From: Takakia lepidozioides
Lineage: Eukaryota; Plantae; Bryophyta
Length of the DNA stretch: 64,000 nt
Direction: 5' to 3'
NCBI GenBank assembly: GCA_030704615.1
Contig: CM060732.1
Span: 41,664,001-41,728,000, forward strand
Part shown: piece after piece, positions 39,501 to 52,756 of the stretch
How positions within the stretch are numbered: position 1 is the first letter of the stretch
Layout: each line of letters starts with the position of its first letter
Program-made: the position numbers and the translations under genes
Notes under the pieces: model-generated
What the model saw: the letters and a program-made list of their open reading frames with translations, nothing else
The model's database searches: none
Told to the model about the DNA's origin: nothing

Positions 39501-39545
39501 GACATGTACATGCAAAAATGTGGGTGCACCCTATCCTGTTGATTT
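36520..39545 (+). pseudogene. Scrambled PLS-class PPR gene fragments
   Basis: Repeated VHGDIVKAG...NTALVDMYAKCG...DVVSWNAMLAGY...GVKPDHITF.C.CNAC modules with stops and frameshifts, interleaved with non-coding repeat blocks. Confidence 0.88.
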
Positions 39546-40084
39546 GTTGTTGTGCTGGAACAGTAGCAAACGTAGAAAGGCATACGCATTTTACATCTGT
39601 TACTATCTTCAGTGCATATGTAGTGTCCTTCGCACTTTGTCATACTATTGTTTGAGGAGCAGATTTTGGGACTCCGGTACTATATTGTAAATTTGCTGGC
39701 AGCAGTTTAAGAGAAGCTCTTACATCTACTGTTGTCTTTAAGTGCCTATGTTTTGTCATTTGCACTTGCTGACTTTGTTCTTTCATGTGATTCTTGCCTG
39801 TGAATAAAGCATTCATTTGCAGAGTCATTTTTTGTCTCTTTGTTCTTCCCTTTGTTCTTCTCTTTGTTTAGTATTGAATAATACTAACCCTAACGAGACA
39901 AGCATAACGAGATAAGCATAGTCGTGGCTCTGACTATCCAATACATTTAAAAGTTCAAAACAACCCCTCATATGACACCACGTGTCCATATATCAACATG
40001 TCATAGTCAAGATCATGATTGCAAGACCTCCTCAATACATGCCACGTATCCATATATCATAATGTTTGTAGTCAGAACAATGAC
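38320..40084 (+). repeat. Left arm of a ~1.8-kb inverted duplication (partner 49680-51470)
   Basis: For example, CAATACATTTAAAAGTTCAAAACAACCCCTCATATGACACCA at ~39939 is reverse-complemented at ~49783-49824; collinear over the arm. Confidence 0.9.
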
Positions 40085-40326
40085 TGTAAGACTCACCGAA
40101 TGAATCAGCTGCAACTAAACCAGGCTACCAAAAAAACCAACACGATTTAAATATTGGACTAAAATTTAAATATTGGACTAAATCCTCCATCTAAAAGACC
40201 TGACTAATAATTAACCGAGAGAGAGAGAGAGAGCTAGCGCTTAGATTTGAGAGGTTCAAAATTCAGGTGTGCCTTGATCTTCGAGTTTCTATTCTTCCTG
40301 TGCTTCCAATTGATATCTTCTTCCAC

Positions 40327-41050
40327 CTACACCGGAGATGGCCACGGGCTAGATGGGCCACCAGTGATCGGGGACGGGAAGGTGGAAAGTACAGCGTTCA
40401 CCAACTCTGGAGCAGATGATGTCGTGCCATCCCTAACTGTTGTCGAATCTTGTAAAAGCCCGATCTGCTTCTCTTCAGCACATCTGCGAATAGCTGCCAA
40501 TAAACAACCCCAAGCCTTTTTCCCCTCAACCCACAAATCAACACAAATCCTCCTGAGCACCACTCTAAGATAGAGAAATTCATTGTCATACCACTTTGCA
40601 CATCGCATTTTCCATAGATGCCAAAGGGTTAAAGCTCGAAGAGCAGACCAGACTGAGCATTTATCCCAGATTTTTCCAGCCTGCAGATTAAGCAAGTGAG
40701 AAGAGATAGAAGAAGGAGGAATGATCTTCCAAGGGGCATAGAAGGCCCTTATCCTTGACCATAAAGATTCAGCCAAACAGCAATGAAAGAAACCATGCTC
40801 TAGACAAGGTTTCCTCTGCGTTGACACTACACAGCTTACAGCAAAGAGGGGGAAGAGAAATGTAAGCTCCGAAGGATAAGATCCTATGGGTAAGCCTCCA
40901 TAAAAAACCCGAGATCTTAGCAGAGCGAGTCTTTAACCAGACATCTCTCCAAACTTTGCAAAGTATGAAACTTGAGCTTTGACCAAGCTTTTTGAGTGAC
41001 GAGATGATTTTCCCTGCTTCTGCCTCCCACATAGAAATGTGGTATGGCAT
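40327..41050 (-). mobile_element. L1-type LINE ORF2 C-terminal fragment (zf-RVT)
   Basis: VW...KISGFLWRLTHRIL....CKLC...EET..H.FFHC...W...LWHLWKMR; abuts a (TA)n run. Confidence 0.75.

Positions 41051-41078
<28 letters not shown>
41051..41078. repeat. (TA)n microsatellite, possibly a LINE tail or target site
   Basis: TA dinucleotide run between two LINE-like fragments. Confidence 0.9.
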
Positions 41079-41081
<3 letters not shown>

Positions 41082-41530
41082 GAAAGGGGACAGCGGCCCT
41101 TGAACTCATATTAAATAAAAACGGCCAAGGCCGGTGTACAAGGAGGAAAAACTAACCTCCGATAAGTGCCACAAGGCTGAAGTCGAAAGGCACTGCTTCA
41201 AAACCTAAAACCGAGGGGCAGGAGGGGGAAGATAACAACACAGAGACTGCCACTTCAAGAGCGCCAGGGATATCCTAACTAAGAGCATCGGGGGTACACC
41301 AAACACCACTGCAACAGTAACCTCCTGGGGGTTCCAACACTCCCCTTCCTGAGCGGCAACCCCATCAAACTACCCTGCACATGTCTTTTTGGTTGACGTG
41401 CCTTGCTCCGGAGGGACCACCTGGACAGACGTCGCCTTACCCTCACGCCATAAATGCAGGCAGTCATTTAGTTGCTAGAGCCTTACCCTCACGCCATAAA
41501 TGCAGGCAGTCATCTTTAGTCGCTCTAGCA
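41079..41530 (-). mobile_element. Probable 3' end of a second LINE
   Basis: Short C-terminal ORF (..LLLQWCLV..) and a T-rich 3'UTR ending at the (TA)n run; internal ~30-bp duplication at 41438/41483. Confidence 0.35.
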
Positions 41531-42639
41531 GGTACCGGCCGGGCGTAGAGGGCCTGTATCCTGCACCAAAGTACGGGCCCGGGGGTGCGGATACCAAGGC
41601 CGGGGGCTCCTTTGTCATTGTCGGGGCATTTAGGGACCCCGGGTGGAGATGCTCTAACTACTGTAAAACTTTCAAGCCAAACATCCTTTTTTATTATTAG
41701 GGTCCTTTGTATGTTGTTGGGGGGGGGGGGGGGGGGGGTTTCGGAAAATGATCTGCACAGCTAAGCAATTCAAGGTGAGCCAATTGCAAAAATTAACTCT
41801 TTTGCAATGTTTCACTCAATCCACTCGTTTTGGAATACACACCCTATTGAGTATGGTAAAAACAAATTGTAAATCCAATAGTAGAATTTTAAGACGAGGG
41901 CTCTCCAGTGGGCCCAACTGTGGGCCAATTACGATTCGCCAAGTATACAGTCAACCCTTGTTGCATGCTCCTATTTCATGTCCCGGCGGTTATCTAGAAA
42001 ATATGGCTTCTCATTTTACAATATTAGCGACGTTATGGCGCGCGCGCGGCTTGAGCGGCTCCCCCCGCGCATGGACGCTTGGCTCCCCCCGCGCGGTTCC
42101 CCAGCCGCGCCCGCTCCCCCGCGGCTGCAACAGCCGCCACCAGCCTTGCCCGCGGCGGCTCCGCCCGCGCCCTCCGTCCGTCGCGGCCGGTCTGCTGTGC
42201 CAGTCCCCTCACGTCCACCTTGTCAGTCTACCCGCCAGTCCGCTGCCCATGAGTCCGCTCCTCGCCAGTCTGCCGGCCAGTACGCTGGAGGTCAGTCCGC
42301 TGCACCAGTTCCCCAACTTCCAGTCCGCCGACGAGGCCCGATCTGGACCATCCGCTCCTAAATCCCATCTGAGCCCTCCATTTTTAGGGCCTAAACCCAA
42401 ACCTTATCCCTGGCGCCTGCCACTTGCCAGAACCCTAAACGTGCGCACTATTGCTCTTGCACGTTGTCCATCGTGTCCAAGGTACTGTGGCGCGTTTCTT
42501 GCAGGTTTTGAAGCGTGTCCTTTGCACTATACAGGGCATGGATGTGCAAGCAGAATGCCACGACAGACTAGAAACGGAAAGCCCGCTTATATGGCCTCTT
42601 CGACAATGTTTGCAAACACCAAAACCAGGAGCATTCAAC

Positions 42640-43700
42640 ATGAAGGACCTCCATTGGAAGAGTGAGACGCAATATGGGTATATGGGTATGCGAGTGAATG
42701 TTCAAAAGGCCTGCATACCTTGGGATAGAGTTGATGACTTTATCCTTGGAGAGGAGAGTTTGGTGGACTACCCCACTCAATTTTGGGTTAGTGTCCATAC
42801 TAAAGTGCAACCCGGCATGTGAAAAGAGCCTAGAGGCAACACATTCCTGAACAGTACCATGTGTGCACCATCCTCACAGTCCTTTTGTACAATCATTGCA
42901 TGTGTGTTGCCATTTTTGTTTCCCATCTACTGTGATAGATACCGATTTTGAATTTTATGTCCAGGTATCAATGCTGCTACGGTCCGGATGACAATCGCAC
43001 CAACAATGCAATAGTGAAGGATCCAAAAGTGAAGCGAGGAGGACCTCTTGTGGGTGCTGGAACATCTCACCCTCATAAAGGCCCAATGAGAAAGAAGTCC
43101 GAGTTTGGAGAGTCTTACAAGCGTGGTTGCCAATGCTGTTTCAAGGTCCAGCAAAGCTACCTCGCCCTCGACATATGTGTCCTCACGTACAACAACATGG
43201 AGCATACAGACACCAAAGGGAAAGCCTCGCATGGGAAGCCGGCTGAGTTCAGGAACACCCGCCACGCCTATGCACCACACATTAGTGAGGAATTGAAAGC
43301 CTGGGTCGTCGAATGTTTGTGCCGAGGCTTGTCTGTCGCCCAAATCATGATGGAACATAAAGAGCACGTCATGAACAACACCGGGCTGGGAGATGCATGG
43401 ACACGGGTTGATTCATGTTGGAGCAAGATGTCCGCAAACTAGCCAAGAAGCGGGCGTGGTTAACCTTCAAAAAGCACGCCGATGATGCCGAGAGTGTGCT
43501 TATGTGGAAAGACCAGAACCCAGACTCAGTCTTCTTCTATCAAGAAGAGAATTTGGCGCCAACATACAAGCATTTTGATGGAGATTTGACCTTCACAATT
43601 GGCATTCAGACTCCTTGGCAGAAACGACGAATGCTGGAATTAGGACATGCCCGCATCGTTGCATGCGATGCAACCTTTGGGACAAATCATGACAAGGTGT
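42640..43700 (+). pseudogene. Second MULE-type transposase (plant SWIM-family-like lineage), 5' part only
   Basis: IPWDRVDDFILGEE, YQCCYGPDD, KRGCQCCF...YNNMEHTD..G..SHG, FTIGIQTPWQ...ACDATFGTN (first catalytic D). Intron, stop and frameshift; truncated. A long G run at ~41719 may mark the element end. Confidence 0.75.
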
Positions 43701-44099
43701 TATTCACTCGATTCCATAGACTTGTGGGAGCAATTTCATGGAGGCCTGGAAAATGCGGCCTAGAAGTTTAAGGAGGACTACGAAAATGGTGTGTGCCCCT
43801 ACACCTGCAGCACATATATACTCCACAATTCGCAAGGTTTCAGATCGTTTCTCCGGCAGTATAATGCAAAAATTCCTATGCTATCATTCTGCCTTGTGAA
43901 ATAAAAGTCCTCTAGTCTGCTGGCATGCGATGTCCACTGATTCACGGACAGACCAGACCCATCCCGTGTACAGTAGTCCACTCACACGGACTACATAGTG
44001 GACCCAAGACACCCACATCAGACTAAGTCTCCCAGCTGATTCTTCGCCATAAGACACTGAACAAACTCCTAGCAGACTCATGCGCATAATATCCCAGTA

Positions 44100-47000
44100 T
44101 ACTCCATCACAGACTATCCCAGTAGACTCATGCACAGACTGCGTCTCCTGGCAGACTCCCCCACAGTGTCCTTATACCAGACTCATTAAGTCTTACAAGG
44201 GTTGGCTGAACAGACTGCCTACACCAGCAGACTTCTGAACACACCAATTCCATAAGCATTCCACCGTCCGGACTAATGGAGTCCGGCGGACTGACGATTA
44301 GACTATGTGGACCAGCAGACGGGTCTGTACGTTTCCCGCTAGACTCTTGAAGTGCGGAAGTCGACCAACAGACTCTTTGACAGTCTTCATGTATTCGATC
44401 AGTCTGTCAGACTGTCCACCGTCTGCCCATATGAGACTGTATGCTCACATGTGAATATACTCAGGGAGTCTGCTGACTCTCTGGCAGTCTACTGAGTCTG
44501 TGAAACAACGAGAGTCTACGGACTCTCGCCAGTCTACTAACTGTCGGCAGTCTGCTAACCACTAGACTCCCATGGTATGTTCAACAGATGGATGAGACAT
44601 CGGGCGTCAATGATTGTCTGTGGTCGAGCAATGTATGGGTAAGACGCCTAACAACATACACTGTAGTGGTCACAAGTATACAAGCACAAGTCCACAATTG
44701 TGCAGAAGCAGACCAGTGAACACGTCCAAAATTGTACTCATCATTCACCAAAGGCATCATCATTTTTTATTTTGTTACAATTGCTGGGAAGCATACGTAT
44801 ATGATAAAGGCCTCCTATGGTGTGCCTCCTATCATTCCCAAAACTGCGTTCTTAGCAGTGCCCAAAGCACTACAGATGTATTTAGCACACTGCAGGCATT
44901 GCCCAACTGCTAACTTGAAAGTAAACCAAGTAGGCGTGAAAGACACTCCTCTCTCTGGCTTTTTAGAAGAGGTATAAGTATGGGCACTTTGAAGCCATTC
45001 GTAATATCCTTGGATGAATGACATGACTTAAAACCCACACTCCCAGTTGAATGGCTGTTGGGGGACTTCTGGCTGGTTGAACTGAAACGCCATAACCTCC
45101 TCCCACTGCGGTGTGCCCTCCTTGTAGCCCAAACACTCTGCATGCAGCTTCCGTATCCATGGCAGAACAAATGGGCAACGATGCAATTCCCTCTTGGAGT
45201 TCATATGAGTGTATGCGCCTTTCCGCAGGTCGATGACAATCAGACTCTAGTGCCCTCTGCAATTTTCCCCCTCGTCAGTCTGCTGTTCTCAGCATACTTA
45301 CCTTGCATACTCACCAGCATACTCAGCATACTGTACCAGCATACCCAGCATACTCTGCATACTCTGATGGCATTCTCACCTGGCAAACTCACCATACTCA
45401 CAGGCATACTCACCAGCATACTCAGCATACTCATCAGCATATCCAGCATACTAAGCATACGCACCTGGCATACTGACCAGACTGACCACACTGAGTAGAC
45501 TGACCAGTTTGGCCTGATAGGGGAGACTGACCAAACTTGCCGGACTGACCAGACTTGCCAGACTGGCTAGACTGACCCGACTGAACAGACTGAACTGAGT
45601 GACCGGATTCAAACCACATTCAGATTCAACAGATTGCAATGACTCAGAAGACTCAGCAGACTGACGAGACAGAACAGATTCAGGATGGAGATCTTACTCG
45701 TCCACAAACGCAACCATTATATGATGGCAGTCTTTGATGTCTTTGCCCAACCGTGCGACGCTCTAGTTCCCATGCACATTCTCCACTAGCCTTTCACGTG
45801 GCCCGTCTGCGTTAAACTTCATAAGAGACCAAGTGCACATTGGCAGAAGAGCAACAGTCTTTGAGTACGCTTCCTCAACCGACTTCTCGTAGAAGCGACA
45901 CCACATCTCCAGCAGTCTACATGTTCACTCAGACTCAACCTTCTCAAGTGCCTTTATATCTTCCGGGTCCAAGTGGCACTGATACCGGGGGTTTCCTTCA
46001 TTAAACTTAATCATGCTATTGCCGGCCGCCACATGTCGAGACATGAGTGCCCTGAATCGAGAACCCATTCTGCACACAGCAGACGGCCTTCAGCAGCCTG
46101 TCGAGGTGGAGCAGAGTGCGAGTGAGCAGACTCATAAAGCATAAAAGAAGATTGAGCAGCAGACTCAGCACACGCATAAACAGGGTCAGCATACTCACCA
46201 GCAGACTCAGCGGACGCCGTCCGGACTCTAACGACTGAGCAGAGCCACTGTACTTACTTGTGCATCTATAGCAGAAAAGCCACTTCCTTGTCCGTCTCGA
46301 ATGCCAATTTCCAGTCCTTGTTCAGGAACACTTGGGACTTACCACCTTTCTTCGCTGGTTTCTTTGCAACACGTCCCTCGCCAACTTCCTCAGTCTGCTG
46401 GACGACAGTCCGCTTCTTTACTTTCCCCTTACCCTGGGATTGAGCGACTTGATGTGTCTGGGTTGGATTCACTAGACTGACGAAGTGATGCGGTCCTACT
46501 TCGCAACACAACAGTGTCTACAGGTTTGTTCACACTTGCAGGATCTGTCTTGGCAGCTTCGCGGGTCGTATGCGTTGAACTGATCCGTGCATTTGGCGGG
46601 GTGCTCAGAAGCAGACCTCTTGTGGTTCTGGATCCAGCGTTCGCAACATGGGTGGGATGTGGAATGTCCTGGGAGGGGAAGGGAGTCACGAGCTCGTTGC
46701 CTCCAACACCTTGTTGGGACAGCAGACAATTGTCAATTATGTGAAACAGTGAAGATGCAAAAAAATGAAATAACAGACGCGAATGAGGGCAGGGCACAAC
46801 CTTCACTGCCTCATTCGAAACAAGCACATGGGCAGACTGCTCCCCTGGTACCCCCAAGTCTGGGGCGTGGGCATAGGTGTTGTGTGTGTGTGCGAGGCAT
46901 ATTGGCCGTCAGTCTGTCCATGCTCAGCCTGTTGTTCAGTCTCCATGTCTGTCTCGCTAGTCTGCTCAGTCTGTTCCTTGGTCTTGACAGTCTACTGTTC

Positions 47001-49850
47001 CTCGGTGTGGACAGTTCCGGCGGTCTGCTCTTCCTCGGTCTGGACAGTCTGCTCTTCCTCGTTCTGGACAGTGTGGACAATCTGCTGAGCCTTCTGGTTC
47101 AGGTTCTAGGTGTTATGGTCTTCCATGGACATGAGCAATCTATCAACCTCTCCGTCAAGTGTGCCTAGAGGGTCTGATGCAGGTAAGGCTTCAGTATCGC
47201 CGACATCTACAACATCTACGGCAAGCACGTCCTTTGGTTCTTCGGTAAGGTCAATGATATGGGTTTGAGATCCGAAATTACGGTCGCTCGTGTAAGAATC
47301 ATCTAAGACTTTCGCCTGTGAACGAACCATAACAGGGCTGAATTGAATGGAAATAGATGGTAGGCCATGGGGTACTGGCGAGGATTGTTTTACAGGTGAG
47401 TGGTTTATATGTTTAATCGATGCGCCAAAGTGTGCAGATGGCCCGGGGGCAAAAGTTGGCTCGCCCAATTGCCTCAGCGAACTTCGAAGAAATTCAGACA
47501 CATGGGCCTATTGAGGCCACTGCAACCGACTCTGATCAACGAGCCATGAACCAGACTGGTGGAAAGGCAGTGTTGATGGGTTGTCCTGGTCAGCACGCTC
47601 AGTGTGCACGGCCATTTGCTGAACAGTCTGCTCAATGTGCGGAATAATCTCTGCCCGCAAGACAGTCTGCTCAACAGCCAGGTCAAGAGTGGGATGGCGG
47701 GTCTGCTCATCAGTCCGCTGGCCTGTCTGGTCAATAGTACGTTGGACGGTCTGGTCGGCAGTGTGCAGGACGGTCTGGTCGGCAGTGCGCACGATGGTCT
47801 GGTCAACAGTTTCGTGGACGGTCTGGTCAGCAATACGCATGACAGTCTGTTCGGCAATACGCTGGACGGTTTGGTCTGCAATCCGCTGCACAGTCTCGTC
47901 GGTCTGGGGTAGAGTCAGGTCATCAGTCTTCTTGTCAGTCTCCTCTCTAGTCCGCCCAGTCTGCTGGACTGAAACACGGATAGTCTAGACGGTCTGTCCA
48001 TGCTCGGTCTGTTGCAGTGGTTCAGTCTGCTGCACAATGTCTTACTGTGCACTCTTGCGACCGGTCTCATGGAGTCCTTGTAATGCCAGGACAACATCTC
48101 GTGCACCTCTGCCAAGGGAATCAAAAGTAGACTGCACGTGCTCGTCCACATCGGACATTCCTGAAACAGTTGAGTACGAAAATGTCAGCCTCATAGACTG
48201 GAACGGAAACCGACAAAAGAACGGTATCACACGGAAAAGAAGATCCGAAAATTACCTTCCAGGAGGTTGCTGATGAGACCAATATCTTTGATTTGGCGTT
48301 CCAAGCAAGCTCCATCAAGATCCCGAATCGCCGGCAACCGATATTCAAAAGGGGACCCACACCACAAGACTTTGAAAACATCTAGTTTGTTCAAGACAAT
48401 GTCGAACACTGCTCGTTCCATCACCGCAGCAAACCATTGCAAGGTCTCATCGACAACACTCTTTTTTACCCGCATCATCCTCTTCATCAAACAAGTACTT
48501 CCTCAAACTCTGCAGCGCATTGAGCAATTTATTGTATGAGCGGAAATTGCCAAACTGCATCCATCGATGCTGAACGAAGAAACCTGCAATGCGATCAAAA
48601 TACTCTTCATATATTCCAAACAAGTGATTTCCCTGCACACGAAAGGTAGGATGCGCCATCGGCATGTGTCTTAGCTCCAGAGGGCGTGGGTCATCCATGA
48701 GGATGAGCTGCACAAGCAGTGGGGGCGCATTATGGACTTTTGTGGCTGCAAGGGCAACAGACTGTGCGCCTTGCAAAACATGATTCGCTTCTCCAATAAT
48801 AAAATCCATGGAATAATGGAATGGAACAAATGGCCACCATCTATCCGTGACAATGCGGTGGAGCTCATTATACCAATCCACATAGGCATTGATTTCCACC
48901 CTCAGTTCGGTAAGTGTCAGGTCTACAGCTCTCGGATCAATTGCCGGCAATGGCGAGCGCCAAACTCCAAAGAGGCCCGTGGTGGAAGTAAGAATGGGAG
49001 TCCGCTGGCTGGGAGTCAGATGCATGGGAGTCTGCTGTAACACAGTATGGTGGATCGGCGTCTTCTCAATAGCAGTATGATGAATCGCAGTCTGCTGGCT
49101 GGGTGTCTGTGTCTCCTGGTGGATGGGAGTATGCTGGACATCCGTCTGGTGGGTGGGAGTCTGGTGGATGTCAGATTGGCTTGGCACTGTGTCCACCAAC
49201 ATATCAGTCACTGTGGTGTTGACAGGACTGTCATTGCGTTTGGTGTCTCCAAAGTACAATGCTGCTATGGCACCAGCCGAGCCAGCACTACAACAGATTG
49301 CGGTACATATGACTGTATATATGACTATCCCGTAGTCATAAACGGTACATATGACTGCAATGACTTTAAGTCGTGCAAACCAAGTGAATACAATGAGTAT
49401 AGTATGGTCGGTCATGGATGACTGTAGTCAGATGAACCAAGTGATACATCTCACTGTCATGTGGTAGTCATATGTACTTCTACCATACATGACTTAGTGT
49501 GTTGCTGCAAACTGTACACGTGTCTGTTTTTAATAAGTCCATGAGGTTTTGTGGATGTGTGCCATATGGCGTCTCCCGAAACTGCCATGTGGCATATTCA
49601 TGAGGAGGATCTGCAGTCATCATCCTGACTACAACCATGCTAATATCTGGACACGTGGCATATAATGAGAGGTGTTAGGGTCATTGTCTTGACTACAAAC
49701 ATCCTGATATGTAGACACGTGGCATGTATTGAGGAGGTCTTGCAGTCATGATCCTGACTATGACATGCTGATATGTGGACACATGGTGTCATATGAGGGG
49801 TTGTTTTGAACTTTTAAATGTATTGGACAGTCAGAATCACGACTATGCTT
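44100..49850 (-). mobile_element. Degenerate TE accessory region with short-motif repeats and low-complexity ORFs
   Basis: AGACT/AGTCT-rich tracts, CAGCATACT and GACTGACCA repeats, a QTV.R.ADQT coded repeat, a 322-aa ORF at 48447-49415, and subterminal ATGCCACGTGTC-type repeats at 49550-49800. Confidence 0.45.
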
Positions 49851-51470
49851 ATCTCGGTAGGGTTAGTAGAGATTAGGGTTAGTATTATTCAATATTAAAC
49901 AAGAAGAAGAACAAAGGGAAGAACAAAGAGACAAAAAACGACTCTGCAAATGAATGCTTTATTCACAGGCAAGAATCACAAGAAAAAACAAAGTCAGCAA
50001 GTGCAAAGGACAAAACATAGGCACTTAAAGACAGCAGTAGATGTAAGAGCTTCTCTTAAACTGCTGTCAGTCAAATTTACAATATAGCACCGGAGTCCCA
50101 AAATCTGGCTCCTCTGCAAACAATAGTTTGACAAAGTGCAAAGGACACTACATATGCACTGAAGATAGCAACAGATGTAAAATGCATATGTCTTTCTACG
50201 TTTGCTACTGTTCCAGCACAACAACAAATCAGCAGGATAGGGTGCACCCACATTTTGCATGTACATGTCCACGAGGGTATTGTTCAAAATGACATTTGAT
50301 AAAATTCCAGCTCTGACAATGTTGCCATGGACTTTTGTGCCCTTTTCCAGAGCTGTCGGGCTTCCACATGCATTGCAAATGCACAAAAACGTGATGTGGT
50401 CGGGCTTCACCCCTTCCCCCATCATTTGATCATAGGTCTCCAAAGCCTCCATACCACGTCCCTGCTGTGCATACCCTGCAAGCATCGCGTTCCATGACAC
50501 CACATCTAGCTCAGCCATAGTGTTGAAAACTCCCTTCGCATCCTTAATGCACCCACATTTGGCATATATGTCCACCAGGACAGTATTCAGAATGACATCC
50601 GGTACAATTCCAGCTTTGACGATGTCACCATGGACCTCTTTTCTGGCCCTCTTGGATGAATCTGGACCCACACTCTATCCCTGCTCCTTCAGCTATCCAT
50701 GCCTATGCACAAATCATGCATACATCCTTGCCTTGCTGCTAGCAACTAACGATAACAGCCTAGATTTGTTCTAGGATACACCCAACTCAACTTATCACAC
50801 TTGTTCCAATGCTCAATTGCATCTGATACTCTCTATAATCAAACAGACATTCACCTTCTTGCCTCGATTGTCCCACCATTGACTGGGTATGAAAAGTATG
50901 CATTCCACAGCTTCTCCTCATCTCTGTTACCGGTTTCTGGATACTTTCCTATTGTCACATTGGCTGTATCATGTCAACGTCACTCCAAACTATCAAAGGT
51001 TCACTCAACTAGCTAACTTGCAGAATTCAACATGGAAACTTAGGGTCGATTCTGATAAGAAGGAAAAACAAGGTGAAATGTGTTGAAGAAGGTGTTTTCA
51101 TTAGCAGTGCCTGATTTTATCAATTCCGCCGCTGCTGCTGCAGCTTCCAGTTGACCATCTACCCATGTAGGTTGTTAGTAGCTATTGATCCACAGGGAAT
51201 CGTAGGTAATCTGGAGCTTGAAATCCGGCCCTCCTTGATGAATCTGGACCCACACTCTATCCATGTCTCTGCCCAAATTATGCATTCACCCTCGCCTTGC
51301 TGCTAGCAGCTGACAATGAAAGCCTCAAATTGTTCTAGGAAACACCCAACTCAACTTATCACACTAGTTCCTATGCTCAATTGCATCTTCTACTCTCTAT
51401 AATCCAACAGGCATTCGCCTTTTTGCCTTGATTGTCCCACCGTTGACTGGGGTCAAAAAAGTATTCATTC
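49680..51470 (-). repeat. Right arm of the inverted duplication, including PLS-PPR fragment ORF 49994-50671
   Basis: Reverse complement of 38320-40084; further partial unit copies extend to ~51720 and 52440-52610. Confidence 0.9.
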
Positions 51471-52756
51471 CACAGCTTCTTGTGGTCTCCGTTACCTCTT
51501 TCTGGATTCTTTTCTGTTGTCACATTGGCAGTACTTATCATGTCAAAGTCACTCCAAACTACAGAGGTTCACTCAACCAGCTAACTTGCAAAATTCAACA
51601 TGAAAATTTAGAGCCACTACTGATAAGAGGGAAAAACAGGGTGAAATGTGTTGAAGAAGGTGCCTTCATTAGCAGTGCCTTGTTCTATCAATTGTGTTGC
51701 TGCGGCGGCGGCTTCCAGTTGGCTCTGAACCCACTGAGCGACTCGAACTAGTCTGAACATTAGACATTTGCCCACTCGCAGATGGGTACCTTACATCTGG
51801 CAATGATTATGAGAGAGGCCAGAGGGTGCCCTCATCCCTGACCACTGTGAACAGGGTGTCTGAACTTGAGTGTGCCCCTGGAATACCAATCGGACTACTC
51901 TTACCCCAGTTCGGATTCAGATCATCGTTGTCATCGCCTGAAGAATTAGCTTGCCCTTCCCCTTCATCCTCCTCACTTGTCATTGCATCAAAGTAAAAAA
52001 AAAATTGACTTGCTGCCCATGTATCATAGGATAGGGAGCGCCCAACCTCATCCTCTACCTTGTTTCCTTCCTGTTCCATGTCCATCTCTCTGACCTCATC
52101 AACCTCACTTCTACATCTCCTAGTGTCCAAATGCGCGCTGGTCTCTTGACATATCCCTACACCCTCCACTCCCTTGCTCTGACTGAGTGCTCCATCTATT
52201 ACAACCTCATCGCTGTCAGGGAACGCCAAATGCATTGAATTCTTTGGAGAACCTCCTTGATTATCGCATTCCTCTGCAACATCCTCTCTCTTCAATTCAT
52301 GCTTCTCTTCACCATACAACCCTTCAGAAAATACCATCTTTGTTAGGACTGGTTGCTAAGGTGGTCGATCGTACCAGGGCACACTTTGTTTTTTAGCACA
52401 ACTCGTCTTCAGCATCCATGGGAGATGTCACAACACGACCTACCCATGTAGGTTTCTTGTAGCTATTGATCCACAGGGAGTCATACGTAATCTGGAGCTT
52501 GAAATCTGGCCCTCTTGAATGAATCTGGACCCACACTCTATCCCTGCTCCTTCAGCTATCCCATGCAGATCCACCCAACAAGCTAAATTACAGAATTCAA
52601 CATGATGCAAATTCAGGGACGAGTCTGATGAGAGGGCAAAACAGGTTGAAAATAGGTTGAAGAAGAAGGTGCCCTCACCACATTGTCCTCGACCTTGTGT
52701 CATGACCCATGGGGGACTCCCTTTGCATCCTCGATGCACCCACATATTGCATACAT

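Noticed and set aside
41748-42665. 305-aa ORF
   Set aside because: Non-descript GC-rich read-through of the TE 5' region with no domain signal.
51807-52337. 176-aa acidic ORF
   Set aside because: Low complexity, no motif, and flanked by pseudogene debris.
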